Notes: generated by a model from the sequence alone, not told the origin. Shown: positions 1 to 11,759, numbered from the stretch's first letter. The stretch is 64,000 nt of DNA from Thiogranum sp. (GCA_030148915.1 JASBSN010000013.1:8378-72377), one strand, 5' to 3'. A program made the numbers and translations.

Positions 1-1
1 G

Positions 2-1216
2 TGGATCCCGTCGCTGATCTTTCATGGCGTTAAAACGGATCCGGTGAGAATTACGGTCCGTCCTGCGGTGGGCAAGGACGATGTGCCGATTCAGGTGAGC
101 AGCGAAGTCGGCGGCACCACAGTCTGGATCAACCAGGCGGTACGGGTCGTCATGGAAATCGATAGTGATAGCCGGTATGCCTCGCTCGAGACCGGAACAG
201 TGCAGCAGGACGGTCTCGAAATTGTGTCGGTACCCTACACGCGCACGACCAGGATGACGGATGGCAAACAGCGGACGCTGCACCGTATCGGCTGGGTTCT
301 CTACCCGCAAACCCCTGGTAAACTGACGGTTCAGCTGCCCGCTGTGGCGTACAAGCGTGACGGTGTCGTCACGCATCGGTTTTATCCTCCGAAAATCGAA
401 CTACACGTGCGGCCGTTGCCTGCGTTTGTGCCACCGACGATGCCCATCGGGCGAATGACGCTGGATGTCGCGCTTCCCGGCCGGTTTTTCCTGGTCCGTC
501 GGGAACTGGAGTTCCTGACGCTGCGGGTCACGAGTGAAGGGCCACCGGACCAGCGACCGTCCGCGGTGTTGCGCCAGCTCAAAAGCGATCGCACCGTCAC
601 CTTTTATCCTCCCCGAGACAGGGTTGACGACGGTGAACCTGACACGAACAACGTCAACGAACGCACCTTCCAGGTGCCCTTTGCACCGAAAACCATGGGG
701 CTGATCAGCCTGCCATCGGTGCGCCTGCAATACTTTGATCCATCGACGGGCAAGATAGAAACACATACGCAACCACTGGGACGCGTGCTCTCTGTCAGCC
801 AGTGGGTGGTATACACCGGACTGGCAGGGTTGGCGCTGGTGTTGTACCGGCTCATGAACTCCCTCTACCGCTGGGCTGGTCACAAATACCGCGTCTATCG
901 CGCTTATCGAAAGGCGTTGCACAGGCTCCGGCAGGCGAATACGCCGCAGGAGCTCAAGGCCGGACTCATGGAAATCGCCGGTGGCGAATGCTGGCCAACC
1001 AATCTTACCCTGGCGGTCTGGCTGGAGCGATGGAAGGGGCGCCATCCACGGCTGTCGTTCGTATCCGAGAGCGTACTCCGGCTGCAGGATTGGCTCTACG
1101 GCCCGACGGAGGCAACACTGGAGGAGGTTCGGCCTTCCCTCATAGATGCCTGCTATCGGCGGATGCCTTTGCTGAAATTCCCGGCGCTGATAAAGAAGGG
1201 TGCGTCGGCGGACTAG
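2..1216 (+). CDS. BatD-like (oxygen-tolerance/Bat cluster) protein, 5'-partial
   Basis: Frame is open from base 2 (WIPSLIFHGVKTDPVRITV). Ig-like beta-rich repeats (YPQTPGKLTVQLPAV, LPSVRLQYFDPSTGK) and a C-terminal TM helix fit BatD. Confidence 0.6.
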   Translation, partial: WIPSLIFHGVKTDPVRITVRPAVGKDDVPIQVSSEVGGTTVWINQAVRVVMEIDSDSRYASLETGTVQQDGLEIVSVPYTRTTRMTDGKQRTLHRIGWVLYPQTPGKLTVQLPAVAYKRDGVVTHRFYPPKIELHVRPLPAFVPPTMPIGRMTLDVALPGRFFLVRRELEFLTLRVTSEGPPDQRPSAVLRQLKSDRTVTFYPPRDRVDDGEPDTNNVNERTFQVPFAPKTMGLISLPSVRLQYFDPSTGKIETHTQPLGRVLSVSQWVVYTGLAGLALVLYRLMNSLYRWAGHKYRVYRAYRKALHRLRQANTPQELKAGLMEIAGGECWPTNLTLAVWLERWKGRHPRLSFVSESVLRLQDWLYGPTEATLEEVRPSLIDACYRRMPLLKFPALIKKGASAD

Positions 1217-1354
1217 CGTCAGCCCGCCGTCCGAGACGCAGCTAACCGCAAAGTGAGCTTGAGGCGGTTTACGCCATTGCGGAGCGAATTGCGCAAAATC
1301 ATCGCGACTGAAGGAAATACTTTCCGCGTCTTTCCGCGAAAGCGCTGGCCGCCG

Positions 1355-2092
1355 TCAGTACATCAATGCCGCTGTCAGCAGTGCGATGGTTTCGGTGATC
1401 TCGACCAAAGCCCCGGCGGTATCACCAGTGGTGCCTTCGATACGCCGCAGCATGAGTCGGCGCAGCGTGAAAAATGTCCCGGCAACGGCGGCCAAGAGCC
1501 ATGACGCCCCCGGCCCGGTGAGTACAGGAATGGCAAGTAGCGTGAAGACAACGGCGAGCGCGCATGCGCGCCGCGGCAGATGGTTGGCGAGCAGGCTGCC
1601 CAATCCTTGGGGACGTACATAGGGTGTGGTGAGAAACAGCAGTACCAGCACCGTGCGGCCGAGGACGGGGACCACGACGAAGAATGCCCACGCGCCGTTC
1701 GATAGGATCTGCACCAGCGCCGTGAACTTGATCAGGAGCACCAGGACCAGGGTGACGACCGCCATCGGCCCACTGCGGGGGTCTTTCATAATGGCGAGGG
1801 TCTTGTCGTGGTCGCCGTGACCGCCGACCCAGGCGTCCGCGCTGTCGGCAAGACCGTCGAGATGCAGCGCGCCGGTCACCGCAACCCAGGCTGCGAGCAG
1901 CACGGCGGCGCCGACCAGCGGCGGCGCATCGCTGAGCATCCACGCCGCGGTTGCAAGCAGCGCGCCGATGAACAGACCGACCAGCGGATAGTAGAGCAAA
2001 GATCGCCCGGTTGCCTTGGCGTCCGGCGCTCCATCGAATCGGATGGGCAATACGGTGAGAAACTGCAGGGCGATCAGCAAGGGTCGAAACAT
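1355..2092 (-). CDS. cobS: adenosylcobinamide-GDP ribazoletransferase (cobalamin synthase)
   Basis: ALQFLTVLP, GALHLDGLADSAD, IMKDPRSG and GTTGDTAGA motifs; polytopic membrane protein. Start set at MFRPLL (2092). Confidence 0.95.
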   Translation of the reverse strand: MFRPLLIALQFLTVLPIRFDGAPDAKATGRSLLYYPLVGLFIGALLATAAWMLSDAPPLVGAAVLLAAWVAVTGALHLDGLADSADAWVGGHGDHDKTLAIMKDPRSGPMAVVTLVLVLLIKFTALVQILSNGAWAFFVVVPVLGRTVLVLLFLTTPYVRPQGLGSLLANHLPRRACALAVVFTLLAIPVLTGPGASWLLAAVAGTFFTLRRLMLRRIEGTTGDTAGALVEITETIALLTAALMY

Positions 2093-2099
2093 GAAAGTC

Positions 2100-2738
2100 T
2101 CACTTCCGCTGCTTTTTTCCACGGACAGACTTTGCCAAGCCATCGTCGCCAATGTGCACGCCATGCATTCGCCCATGTGGAACCTCGAATTCGTGCCATC
2201 GCGACATCGGGACTTCAAAGACATGACAGAGCAGCACGCGGATCACGCCTCCATGCGTGACGATCAAGACATGCTGATCCGCGTATGCCGAGAGGATGTC
2301 GTTCCATGCGTCGAGCACGCGCGCCCGAAAATGCGCCAGCGATTCACCGCCGGGTGGGGGGTAGGCATCCGGATCTCGCCAGAAGCGCGCCAGCGCCTCC
2401 GGGTCCTCGGCCATGAGTTCAGCCGCACTGCGGCCTTCCCACTGGCCGAAGTGCATCTCCTTCAATCGCGTATCGAAGGTCAGCGGTAAAGAGCTCTGCC
2501 GGGCAAAATCGCTGACGAATTCCGCGCAGCGTGTCAAGGGGGAACTGATCACGCGGTCCCAATGGCCGCTATCACTGAGCGCGGCGTACATCTGCGCAAG
2601 ACCTGCCGGGGTCAGTGCATCATCCGTATGGCCGCGAAATCGGTTGCCGCCTTCGGCCTCACCGTGACGCAGGAGGCCGACGTACAGGGATGCGCTGGTG
2701 TCGCGGGAGGCAGGATGCCGGGAGCGACCGATCAGCAT
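2100..2738 (-). CDS. cobC: alpha-ribazole phosphatase (histidine phosphatase family)
   Basis: LRHG...[21 protein letters not shown] and VTHGGVIR motifs. ATG at 2738 overlaps the cobT stop. Confidence 0.85.
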   Translation of the reverse strand: MLIGRSRHPASRDTSASLYVGLLRHGEAEGGNRFRGHTDDALTPAGLAQMYAALSDSGHWDRVISSPLTRCAEFVSDFARQSSLPLTFDTRLKEMHFGQWEGRSAAELMAEDPEALARFWRDPDAYPPPGGESLAHFRARVLDAWNDILSAYADQHVLIVTHGGVIRVLLCHVFEVPMSRWHEFEVPHGRMHGVHIGDDGLAKSVRGKKQRK

Positions 2739-3805
2739 TGCGAACTCTTTTCCGATACGCCCGCCTCGGCGAAGGTGGCCATGTCGTTGTGCAGCGCGCA
2801 GGCCATGCGCAGCAGCGGCACAGCCACCGCGGCGCCACTGCCTTCGCCCAGTCGCATGCCCAGATCGAGCAGCGGCCGCGCATCGAGCGCATCGAGTACC
2901 GTCCGATGGCCCGGTTCGGCGGAGGTGTGCGAATACAGCAACCAGCCCCCGGCGCCGGGACACAGCCGCACGGCGGCGAGCGCCGCCACCGAACTGATGA
3001 AGCCATCGACCAGTACCGGCAGACCGATGTGGGCGCAGGCGATATAGGCACCGGTCAAAGCGGCGATTTCGAAACCGCCGAGACGCCGCAGCGCCTCCAG
3101 CGGCGTGCCGTGGTGCATGCTGTGACAGGCCAGCGCGCGCCGGATGACCTCGATCTTGCGTGCTACCCCATGGCTATCAAGGCCGGTGCCCGGGCCGGCG
3201 AGGCGTTCCGGCGGCACATCGAGCAGGGCGCAGGCCAGGGCCGAGGCGGCGGTGGTGTTGCCGATCCCCATCTCGCCGCCGATGAACAACTGCGCGCCAT
3301 TCAAGCGCGCCCGTTCGGCGGCATGACGGCCGATGCCGAGGGCACGCGCGAGTTGGTAAACGTCCATCGCGGGTTCAAGCGTAAAGTTGGCGGTGCCTGG
3401 ACCGAGGCGGCAGTTCGTCACGCCGGCTAGCGGCCCAGTGTCGTGCACCGTGCCGAGGTTGACGATTTCGAACGAGGCATCCAGGGCGCGCGCCGCCACG
3501 CAGATCGCCGCGCCGCCGCGCGCGAAGTTCTTTACCATCTCGGCGGTGACGGCCTGCGGAAAGGCCGATACGTTCTCGGCGGCGACGCCATGATCGCCGG
3601 CGAACACCGCGATGTGCACGCGCTCCACGCACGGCCGTTCCGTGCCTTGCAGCGCGGCGAGGCGGATGGCGATGTCCTCCAGCCGGCCGAGCGCGCCGGC
3701 GGGCTTGGTGAGTTGCGACTGCCGGATCACGGCGGCTTGGCGCATGCCGGCGTTGGGCAGCGCCGCCGGGATGGTCAGCCATTCGCAGGTTGCGATTTCA
3801 TTCAT
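2732..3805 (-). CDS. cobT: nicotinate-nucleotide--dimethylbenzimidazole phosphoribosyltransferase
   Basis: [36 protein letters not shown] and LGEGSGA motifs. An alternative GTG start lies at 3817. Confidence 0.95.
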   Translation of the reverse strand: MNEIATCEWLTIPAALPNAGMRQAAVIRQSQLTKPAGALGRLEDIAIRLAALQGTERPCVERVHIAVFAGDHGVAAENVSAFPQAVTAEMVKNFARGGAAICVAARALDASFEIVNLGTVHDTGPLAGVTNCRLGPGTANFTLEPAMDVYQLARALGIGRHAAERARLNGAQLFIGGEMGIGNTTAASALACALLDVPPERLAGPGTGLDSHGVARKIEVIRRALACHSMHHGTPLEALRRLGGFEIAALTGAYIACAHIGLPVLVDGFISSVAALAAVRLCPGAGGWLLYSHTSAEPGHRTVLDALDARPLLDLGMRLGEGSGAAVAVPLLRMACALHNDMATFAEAGVSEKSSQC

Positions 3806-3813
3806 GCACACAT

Positions 3814-4344
3814 TCACACCGGTTCTCCTTTCAAGGTATGGGGCAGCCCGGCGACGGTGAGAATCACGCGGTCGCATCGTTGCGCCAGCGCCTGATGCAG
3901 CATCCCTGCCTCGTCGCAATAGCGGCGGGCGAGCACACCCAGCGGCGTGATGCCCATGTTGGTCTCGTTGCCGACCAGGATGATTTTCCCCGGTAATCCC
4001 GGCAGTGCGTCGAGCAGCGCCGCGCGTTCGCGTTCCAGCGCCTGCGTGTCGTCCGTCATGAGCAGATGGGTGAGCCACAGCGTCAGGCAGTCGACCAATA
4101 CGCAGCACCCGGTGTCGGCGCACGCGTGCAGCACTGTCGCCAGCTGCAGGGGTTCCTCGATGAGTTGCCAGTGATCCGGCCGGTGCGCGCGATGCGCGGC
4201 GATACGCGCGCGCATCTCATCGTCCTGTGCCGTGGCCGTGGCGATGTAGGTGACGGGCAGCCCGCTGGCGCTGGCGAGGCGTTCGGCCAGCTGGCTCTTG
4301 CCGGAACGCACGCCGCCGAGGATGAGTGTTTTGTATGTGCTCAT
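3814..4344 (-). CDS. cobU: bifunctional adenosylcobinamide kinase / adenosylcobinamide-phosphate guanylyltransferase
   Basis: [12 protein letters not shown]-loop, [15 protein letters not shown] and VGNETNMG motifs. Confidence 0.95.
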   Translation of the reverse strand: MSTYKTLILGGVRSGKSQLAERLASASGLPVTYIATATAQDDEMRARIAAHRAHRPDHWQLIEEPLQLATVLHACADTGCCVLVDCLTLWLTHLLMTDDTQALERERAALLDALPGLPGKIILVGNETNMGITPLGVLARRYCDEAGMLHQALAQRCDRVILTVAGLPHTLKGEPV

Positions 4345-5810
4345 GCCGGCTCCGCCACCGGCTTGATGATCGATCGCAGCCGGGCGGTGTCGAGGTGCGC
4401 CGCCACGGCATCGGCCAGGCGCCCGATGGACGCCTCGCGCTGCGCGTGGTAGTCGAGGGTTTGCGCGTCGTCCAAACCGGACCAGGCGAGCAGCGCGGTG
4501 CAGGCCGGTGGTGATTCGAACAGGCCGTGCAGATAGGTGCCGAGGATCTGTCCGTCCTCGGAAAGCGCGCCATCGCTGCGATGTCCCAGATGTACGGCGG
4601 GGTGCGCGAGCGCGGGACCCGCCGTCACGCCCGCGTGAATCTCGTAGCCGCTGACGGGGGCGTCATCGATCGCCAATGTGCCGCGCACGTTGCGCAATTG
4701 CTTGTCACGCGCCAGCGTCGTTTCCAGATCGAACAGTCCCAGTCCGTCGCTGCTTCCGGCGTCGCCTTCGAGTCCGTAAGGATCGTGTAGCGACAAGCCG
4801 AGCATCTGGAAGCCGCCGCAGATACCGATGACTTTGCCGCCGTAACGCAGGTGCCGCCGGATCGCGGTCTCCCAGCCGTGCGCGCGCAGCCAGGCGAGAT
4901 CGGCGCGCACGCTCTTGGAGCCGGGCAGGATGATCAGGTCGGCGGCTGGAACGTTGTCGCCGGGACCAACGAAGAGCAACTCCACCTGCGGGTGCAGGCG
5001 CAACGGATCGAAATCCGTGTGATTGCTGATGCGCGGCAGGACCGGCACCACGACGTGCAACACGTTACCGTGCTTCTCGGCCTGGTGGGTCATGACGGCA
5101 TCCTCGGCTTCGAGATGCAGACCGTGCAGATACGGCAGCACGCCCAGCACCGGTCTGCCGGTGTGCCGTTCCAGCCAGTCGAGGCCCGGTTGCAGCAGGG
5201 CGATATCCCCGCGAAAGCGATTGATGACGAATCCGACGATGCGTCGTCGCTCGGTTTCACTCAGGAGTTCGAGCGTGCCGACCAGGTGCGCGAACACCCC
5301 GCCACGGTCGATGTCCGCGACGAGGATCACCGGGCAGTCCACGGCCTCGGCGAAGCCCATGTTGGCGATGTCGTGGTGGCGCAGATTGATCTCGGCCGGC
5401 GAGCCGGCGCCTTCGACGATCACCGCATCGTAGCGCGCGGCAAGACGCTGGTAGGATTCCAGCACCGCCGCCCGGGCGACGCGCTTGTAGTCGTGGTAAT
5501 CGCGCGCGTTCATGTTGGCGACCGCGCGGCCGTGGATGATCACTTGCGCGCCGGTGTCGGTATTGGGCTTGAGCAACACCGGGTTCATGTCGGTGTGCGG
5601 TTCCAGGCCACAGGCCTGCGCCTGCACCGCCTGGGCGCGGCCGATCTCGCCACCGTCAATGGTCACCGCGCTGTTCAACGCCATGTTCTGCGGTTTGAAC
5701 GGCGCAACGCGCACACCCTGGCGCGACAGCCAGCGGCACAGCGCCGTGACCAGCAGACTCTTTCCGGCGTCCGAGGTGGTGCCCTGCACCATCAGCGTAG
5801 GTGTACTCAT
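4341..5810 (-). CDS. cobQ: cobyric acid synthase
   Basis: [43 protein letters not shown] and GTYLHGLF motifs. Confidence 0.97.
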   Translation of the reverse strand: MSTPTLMVQGTTSDAGKSLLVTALCRWLSRQGVRVAPFKPQNMALNSAVTIDGGEIGRAQAVQAQACGLEPHTDMNPVLLKPNTDTGAQVIIHGRAVANMNARDYHDYKRVARAAVLESYQRLAARYDAVIVEGAGSPAEINLRHHDIANMGFAEAVDCPVILVADIDRGGVFAHLVGTLELLSETERRRIVGFVINRFRGDIALLQPGLDWLERHTGRPVLGVLPYLHGLHLEAEDAVMTHQAEKHGNVLHVVVPVLPRISNHTDFDPLRLHPQVELLFVGPGDNVPAADLIILPGSKSVRADLAWLRAHGWETAIRRHLRYGGKVIGICGGFQMLGLSLHDPYGLEGDAGSSDGLGLFDLETTLARDKQLRNVRGTLAIDDAPVSGYEIHAGVTAGPALAHPAVHLGHRSDGALSEDGQILGTYLHGLFESPPACTALLAWSGLDDAQTLDYHAQREASIGRLADAVAAHLDTARLRSIIKPVAEPA

Positions 5811-6898
5811 AAAATCACCTCGGCGGGATGCCGGACAAGCAGGCTGGGCAGCGCCGCCTCCAATCGGGTCCAATCCGCTTTATTACCCGGCAGACCGAAG
5901 CGCAGGCTGGAGGATTCGATAAACAGGCGAGTCAGGATGCCCTGGCGCGCCAATGCCTCATGCAGGTGTTGTGCGTCCGGCGTGCGCAGCCATTGGAACA
6001 AGGCGCAACCGCCATCGGGATTGAGCCCATGTCGTGCGAGCAGGGCCTGCAGTCGTGCGCCGTCAGTGCCAAGGCGTTGCCGCGCAGCGTCTTGCCAGAT
6101 GCTATCCGTGAGTGCGGACGTTGCGATCCAGCGCGCGGGAGCGCTTACGCTCCACGGACCAAGCAGGCCGTGCAGTTGCGCGAGCAGTGATGCTTGCGCG
6201 CAGACGAAGCCCACCCGCGCCCCCGCCAGGCCGAAGAACTTGCCCAGCGAACGCAACACGATCAGGCCCGGACGCGCACTGTATGCGCACAGGCTGTGTT
6301 CGGGCGTGACGTCCATGAACGCCTCGTCGACGACGAGCCAGCCGCCGCGGGCGGCGAGCCGCGCGTGCCAGTCGAGCAGTTGCTCGAGGGGAAAGCGCGC
6401 GCCGGTGGGATTGTTGGGATGGATCAGCAGCAGTACGTCGGAACCCTGCACGGCTTCGTCCAGGCGTTCCGCCGCGACAGCGGCCACCTCATGGTCTGCG
6501 CTCCGCCAGGCGTATGCATGCTCTGCGTAGCCGGGATCGAGCACGGCCACGCGCGAACGCGGGCGCAGTCGCGGCAGCACCTGAATCGCCGCCTGCGAAC
6601 CGGCCACTGGTAACACATGCCCGGCGTCGTAGTAGTCGCGCGCGGCCCGCTCCAGGCCGTCATCGTCTTCCGGCAAACGCGCCCAGCAGGATGCCGGAAC
6701 GAGGGGCACCGGCCAGCCGTTGGGATTGATGCCGGTGGAAAGATCGAGCCAGTCGGCAAGTGGAATGTCATAGCACATGGCCGCCTCGCGCAATCGGCCG
6801 CCATGGTGAAGTCCACCATACGTAGCGGGCTCGGTGAGTTCCCTGAGGGGGACGCGCAGCGCGCGTGCTGTTTCGCGTCCGGGGAAACGGTCAGGCAT
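5807..6898 (-). CDS. cobD: threonine-phosphate decarboxylase (PLP-dependent)
   Basis: HGG...[21 protein letters not shown] and [14 protein letters not shown] motifs; position between cbiB and cobQ. Confidence 0.9.
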   Translation of the reverse strand: MPDRFPGRETARALRVPLRELTEPATYGGLHHGGRLREAAMCYDIPLADWLDLSTGINPNGWPVPLVPASCWARLPEDDDGLERAARDYYDAGHVLPVAGSQAAIQVLPRLRPRSRVAVLDPGYAEHAYAWRSADHEVAAVAAERLDEAVQGSDVLLLIHPNNPTGARFPLEQLLDWHARLAARGGWLVVDEAFMDVTPEHSLCAYSARPGLIVLRSLGKFFGLAGARVGFVCAQASLLAQLHGLLGPWSVSAPARWIATSALTDSIWQDAARQRLGTDGARLQALLARHGLNPDGGCALFQWLRTPDAQHLHEALARQGILTRLFIESSSLRFGLPGNKADWTRLEAALPSLLVRHPAEVIL

Positions 6899-7808
6899 GG
6901 GCAAGTCCTCCGGCGACGACCAACACTCCAAGCCACAGCCACACACCCTGTCTCACCAGTCCGAGCGCGCGTTCGATGTCGGCAACGTCCGGGGCTCTGC
7001 CGACACCCAGAACAGGCCGCTGATGCCACTCCCCCTGGTAACGGGCCGGCCCGCCCAGGGTGAGGCCCAGTGCCCCCGCGCCAGCCGCCATCACCGGCCC
7101 GGCGTTGGGGCTGTCCCATGCCGATGCCTGTGTTCGCCAGCAGCGCAGTGCCTGTCGAGTCTTGCCAAGGACCGCATAGGTGATCGCCGTGAGCCGCGCC
7201 GGAATGAAATTGAGGAGATCGTCGAGACGCGCGGCCGCCCAGCCGAAATGGAGATAGCGCTCATTGCGATAGCCCCACATGGCGTCGAGCGTATTGGCCA
7301 TCCGGTAGAGCACTGCGCCCGGTGCGCCGCCGATCGCAAACCAGAACAGCGCGCCAAATACGCCGTCGTTACCATTCTCCAGCACCGACTCGGTCGCCGC
7401 CGCAGGAATATCCAGCGCCGCCGAGTCACGGCTGACCATGCGGGCGACCAGGCGGCGCGCTTCCTCCTCATCATGTTTCCGTAACGCGGCCGCGACCGGC
7501 CGGGCGTGGTCATGCAGGCTTCTATGGCCGAGGGCAACATAGAGCATGAGTACCGTGAAGACCGTGCCAACATTGGGGAGCGCAGTGAGTGCTGCGGCGG
7601 CGGCCGTGAAGGGCAGGAGCAACAACAGTAACGCTAATGCCCCACGTCGACGGCGAGCTGGCGCTGTCATCGCGGCGTCGCCATACAGTTGTCGTTCAAG
7701 CCGTTCGGCCAGCGCGCCGAAGCCGACCAGAGGATGCCGACGGCGTGGTTCGCCCAGCAACCAGTCCAGCAGTACGGCGGCCAGTGCCAACAGTGCGGTG
7801 GTGATCAT
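6891..7808 (-). CDS. cbiB: adenosylcobinamide-phosphate synthase
   Basis: [29 protein letters not shown] and SPNAG motifs. Confidence 0.95.
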   Translation of the reverse strand: MITTALLALAAVLLDWLLGEPRRRHPLVGFGALAERLERQLYGDAAMTAPARRRRGALALLLLLLPFTAAAAALTALPNVGTVFTVLMLYVALGHRSLHDHARPVAAALRKHDEEEARRLVARMVSRDSAALDIPAAATESVLENGNDGVFGALFWFAIGGAPGAVLYRMANTLDAMWGYRNERYLHFGWAAARLDDLLNFIPARLTAITYAVLGKTRQALRCWRTQASAWDSPNAGPVMAAGAGALGLTLGGPARYQGEWHQRPVLGVGRAPDVADIERALGLVRQGVWLWLGVLVVAGGLAHA

Positions 7809-8602
7809 TGGCGCTCTGCCCATTGCTGCACGATGGCGTTCACCTGCCGCACGCCGTCGGTCAGCGCCGCCGGCCCTGGCTGAAGGATGTCGCAGGACTT
7901 GATTTCATGCAGGTGGCCGTTACGCACGGCCGGGATCGCGCCCCAACCCGTCCGTTCACATACCTGTTGAGGGTTGAAGCGCTTGCCGCACCAGGAGCCG
8001 ATGATGATGTCCGGTGCGCGGCGGATGACTTCCTCGGGGTCGGCGATGATGCGTCCTTTCGCCGCGTGGGATGCAGCGAGTTCCGCAAAGCAGTCGTCGC
8101 CGCCGGCAATCGCGATCAACTCGGACGCCCAGCCGATCCCGGAGATCAGCGGCTCGTTCCATTCCTCGAAATAAACGCGCGGGCGGCGCGGGAGGCCCGC
8201 AGCCGACCGCTCGATCGCCGCGAGCCCCGCGCGCAGTTCGGCGATCAGGCATTGCGTCTTTTGCATGGCGCCGACCATCGCGCCGAGCACATGAATCATG
8301 TCGAAGATGCCCGCCACCGTGCGCTGGTTGAACACGTGCATTTCGACTCCAGCGCGGATCAACTGCGCGGCGATGTCCGCCTGCAGATCGGAAAAGCCGA
8401 GCACCAGGTCCGGTTCGAGCGCGAGGATCTTGTCGATCTTCGCACTCGTGAACGCGGACACCTTGGGTTTCTCCTGGCGCGCCCGCGGCGGTCGCACCGT
8501 GAAACCGGAGATGCCGACGATGCGCGCCTCCTCGCCCAGGAGATACAGTGTTTCGGTGGTCTCTTCCGTGAGGCAGACGATGCGCTGCGGTCCCTGGCTC
8601 AC
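7805..8602 (-). CDS. BtuF-like cobalamin-binding protein lacking a signal peptide
   Basis: [34 protein letters not shown] and PDIIIGSW class III SBP motifs. GTG start at 8602 after a GGAG RBS. Confidence 0.75.
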   Translation of the reverse strand: MSQGPQRIVCLTEETTETLYLLGEEARIVGISGFTVRPPRARQEKPKVSAFTSAKIDKILALEPDLVLGFSDLQADIAAQLIRAGVEMHVFNQRTVAGIFDMIHVLGAMVGAMQKTQCLIAELRAGLAAIERSAAGLPRRPRVYFEEWNEPLISGIGWASELIAIAGGDDCFAELAASHAAKGRIIADPEEVIRRAPDIIIGSWCGKRFNPQQVCERTGWGAIPAVRNGHLHEIKSCDILQPGPAALTDGVRQVNAIVQQWAERQ

Positions 8603-9249
8603 GATTGTGTCTCCGGGTTGCCCCAGGTGTCGTGAAAGACGAACGCCTGCCATGGGCGTCTCTGGCGCCAATCTTCTTGCTCCAGCATCGGCACGGGGTA
8701 GTACGCCTCCACATGCCCGAGGCAGAGGATGGCGACGGGTCTGGCGTCCGTGGGCAGGGCGAGCAGGCGGGCGAGGGCGGCGGGATCGAACATCGAGACC
8801 CAGCCGAGCCCCAGATTTTCGGCGCGCGCCGCGAGCCACAGGTTCTGGATCGCGCAGGCGACCGAGGCGAGGTCCATCTCCGGCAGCGTGCGCCGGCCGA
8901 ATAGCGTGCCGTCGTCGGGGGCGAGCACCGCGACCAGTAGTTCCGCACACTCGCGGATGCCTTCCACCTTGAGGCGCAGAAACTCCGCCGCGCGATCGCC
9001 CAAGGCGATGGCGGTGGCATCGCGCTCCTCGGAGACCAGGGACGCAATCCGCTTGCGCATTACCACGTCCGTTACACGAATGAAACGCCACGGTTGCATG
9101 AGACCGACGCTCGGCGCCAGGTGCGCGGCCGCAAGCAGGCTGGCGAGTATCGCCGGGTCCACGGGATCGGGCAGGAAGTGACGCATGTCGCGCCGTTCGC
9201 GCATCACGCGATACACAGCGGCTTTTTCCTGTTCGGTAAATTGGGTCAT
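8599..9249 (-). CDS. bluB: 5,6-dimethylbenzimidazole synthase (nitroreductase fold)
   Basis: RRDMRHF, AHLAPSVGLMQPWRF, LKVEGI and CAIQNLWLAARAENLGLGWVS motifs. Confidence 0.93.
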   Translation of the reverse strand: MTQFTEQEKAAVYRVMRERRDMRHFLPDPVDPAILASLLAAAHLAPSVGLMQPWRFIRVTDVVMRKRIASLVSEERDATAIALGDRAAEFLRLKVEGIRECAELLVAVLAPDDGTLFGRRTLPEMDLASVACAIQNLWLAARAENLGLGWVSMFDPAALARLLALPTDARPVAILCLGHVEAYYPVPMLEQEDWRQRRPWQAFVFHDTWGNPETQS

Positions 9250-10538
9250 GGCAAAAACAGGTGTGCGGCTGCCGCAGGGTTGGAGGGGAAGTAGCCATGC
9301 AGATAGGAGGCGGTCAGCCGGCCTCGGCGATAGATCGGTTCCCCCGTGCCATGGTGTCGGGCTGCCTGTGAATACGCGATCGGGGTGAGCGGACACTCCA
9401 TCCGCGAATAATGGAAGGTGTGCCCGCGCAACTTGCCTTCGGGCAGTTCGATGCCGTGCAGGCCGAGGTTGGCGAGTTTGTCCTGCATCGTCGCGTGCCC
9501 CGGCAACAGCCCGAGCATCTCGGCTCGCCTGCCGCGTACGTCCGTCAGTGATTCCAGCAAATACAGCATGCCACCGCACTCGGCGACGATGGGACGGCCA
9601 TGGCCATGATGGGCACGTATGGCGGTAAGCATCGTTTCGTTGGTAGCGAGCCGGTCGAGGTGTAGCTCCGGATAGCCGCCCGGCAGGTAGAGCGCGTCGG
9701 CGGATGGCAGGATGTCATCCTCCAACGGCGAGAAGAACGTGAGTTCGGCGCCGAGCGCTTGCAGCAGTTCGAGATTGGCGCGGTACACAAAGGCAAAAGC
9801 CTCGTCGCGTGCCACGGCGATGCGTACGCCCGCAAGCTGCGGCGTCACGGCCTCCATCGCCGGGGCGGTGAAGCTCACCTCCGGCGGTAACGCGGGATTC
9901 ATGTCATGCAATGCCGCGGCGGCGCGCGCGATGCGCGCGTCGAGATCGCCGACCTCGGTGGCCTGCACCAAGCCGAGGTGACGCTCGGGCAGTACGATCT
10001 CCGCATCGCGCGCCAGCCAGCCTAACGGGGGAAGTCTCTGCGGCAGGCTCTCGGCGAGCATCTGATAGTGACGCTCGCCCGCGACACGGTTGGCAAACAC
10101 GCCGGCAAAGGGCAGGCCCGGGCGATAGGTCGCCAGGCCATGAGCCAGTGCGCAGAAGGTCTGGGCCATGGCGCTGCCGTCGATCACCGCGAGTACCGGA
10201 ATGCCGAACAGCATGGAGAAATCGGCGCTGGAGGGCTCGCCGTCGAACAGGCCCATGACGCCTTCGATAAGGATCAAGTCGGCCTCGCCTGCGGCTTCAT
10301 ATAACAGTTGGCGGCAGTGGTTTTCACCGCCCATCCAGAGATCGAGCTGATACACCGGATTACCGGAAGCCCGTTCCAAGATCATCGGATCGAGAAAATC
10401 CGGCCCGGTCTTGAACACGCGCACCTTGCGTCCCCGTTCGTGATGGTGACGCGCCAAGGCCGCAGTAACAGTGGTCTTGCCTTGACCGGAGGCCGGTGCG
10501 GCGATGAACAGTGCAGGGCAGCGACGAGTTCCGCTCAT
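9246..10538 (-). CDS. cobB: cobyrinate a,c-diamide synthase
   Basis: SGQGKTT, FKTGPDFLDP, EGVMGLFDG, GGYPE and AECGGMLYL motifs. Confidence 0.93.
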   Translation of the reverse strand: MSGTRRCPALFIAAPASGQGKTTVTAALARHHHERGRKVRVFKTGPDFLDPMILERASGNPVYQLDLWMGGENHCRQLLYEAAGEADLILIEGVMGLFDGEPSSADFSMLFGIPVLAVIDGSAMAQTFCALAHGLATYRPGLPFAGVFANRVAGERHYQMLAESLPQRLPPLGWLARDAEIVLPERHLGLVQATEVGDLDARIARAAAALHDMNPALPPEVSFTAPAMEAVTPQLAGVRIAVARDEAFAFVYRANLELLQALGAELTFFSPLEDDILPSADALYLPGGYPELHLDRLATNETMLTAIRAHHGHGRPIVAECGGMLYLLESLTDVRGRRAEMLGLLPGHATMQDKLANLGLHGIELPEGKLRGHTFHYSRMECPLTPIAYSQAARHHGTGEPIYRRGRLTASYLHGYFPSNPAAAAHLFLP

Positions 10539-11146
10539 AAGTCCACCCCCTTTTGCGCACGGATACCAGCGCGGAAGGCATGTTTGACGTCGCACAGCTC
10601 GGTCACGGTGTCGGCAGCATCAATCAGGGCGTCGGGCGCGGCGCGGCCGGTGATCACCACGTGCTGCATGGGCGGCCGTGCCGCCAGATCATCCAGCACG
10701 GTAGCGATGTCCAGCCAGCCGTACTTGAGCGGATAGGTGAGCTCATCGAGCACCACCAGTCCCAGGTGCTCATCGCGGAGCATCTCCCGCGCCATGGCCC
10801 AGCTGCGTTGCGCGGTCTCGGTATCGCGCGTGAGATTTTGCGTCTCCCAGGTGAAGCCCTCGCCAAGCACGTGCCAGCGCACGTTGGGGTGGGCACGAAA
10901 GAAACCTTCTTCACCCGTATCGGATCGGCCCTTGATGAACTGCGCCACGCCGACCCGTAGGCCGTGGCCGAGTGCGCGCGCCACCATGCCGAAGGCCGAA
11001 CTGGACTTGCCCTTGCCGTTGCCGGTGAGCACCAGCAGCAGGCCCTGGTCGCGATCGGCGCGTTCGATGGCGGCGTCGACCACGGCCTTCTTGCGCTGCA
11101 TGCGCGCCTGGTGGCGTTGTTCCCGATCGGTCGTGTTCATCGTCAT
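10535..11146 (-). CDS. cobO: cob(I)alamin adenosyltransferase (BtuR/CobO)
   Basis: TGNGKGKSSSAFG, QFIKG, VVLDEL and ITGRAAP..LIDAADTVTE motifs. Confidence 0.95.
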   Translation of the reverse strand: MTMNTTDREQRHQARMQRKKAVVDAAIERADRDQGLLLVLTGNGKGKSSSAFGMVARALGHGLRVGVAQFIKGRSDTGEEGFFRAHPNVRWHVLGEGFTWETQNLTRDTETAQRSWAMAREMLRDEHLGLVVLDELTYPLKYGWLDIATVLDDLAARPPMQHVVITGRAAPDALIDAADTVTELCDVKHAFRAGIRAQKGVDL

Positions 11147-11727
11147 CGCGTGGCGGTAACTTTGTGCGTCGTGTGGGCACCGCGAACGAGGCCGAACAGC
11201 GCATGCACCACGGCGGCGATGCCGACGTAGAAGGCCAGCGATTGCAGATACCTCGGGAAATACGTCAGCAACCGCCCGGCGAACTCGGCGATGGTTGGTT
11301 CAATAAAGCGACCGGAGAAGAAATAAAAGCCGCCGCTGGAGAAGAGTTCGCAGACTGCGGCGCCCGCCAGCATAGTGGCAGCCAACGGCAACAGCGTGCG
11401 CCATGCGAATCGGTGTTGCCGGGCATACCAGCGGCCCGCGAGCCACAAGGCACTGTAGGCAGGCAACAGGAACACATACGCCGGCGTGAGGCAGAAGTCG
11501 CTGGCGCCACCCCAGGTAAACGCGACGAAATCCAGCATCCAGGCCGACGCCAGCAGTGCCGGCAGAACCCAGCGCGGGCGCAGATACACACCGGCAAGAA
11601 AAAACACCGCCCAGGTGGCGCCGGGCAGGCTGTGCAGGGAGGCGAAGTGCTGGCCGCGGGTGGCGATGAGCAACAGCGCCAGCACCGCGCCGATGATGAG
11701 TTGGTTGCGATTGGAAAGTGTCGGCAT
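11143..11727 (-). CDS. btuM: BtuM-type solitary ECF S-component cobalamin transporter
   Basis: About 195-aa membrane protein directly after btuB. TR..HFAS.HSLP.A.WAVFFLAG, GG.SDFC(L)TPAY and GGFYFFSGRF match my recollection of Thiobacillus BtuM, including the Cys. Confidence 0.85.
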   Translation of the reverse strand: MPTLSNRNQLIIGAVLALLLIATRGQHFASLHSLPGATWAVFFLAGVYLRPRWVLPALLASAWMLDFVAFTWGGASDFCLTPAYVFLLPAYSALWLAGRWYARQHRFAWRTLLPLAATMLAGAAVCELFSSGGFYFFSGRFIEPTIAEFAGRLLTYFPRYLQSLAFYVGIAAVVHALFGLVRGAHTTHKVTATR

Positions 11728-11759
11728 GGCTGTCTCCTTTGGGGTTGTGTCTTTGGTTA

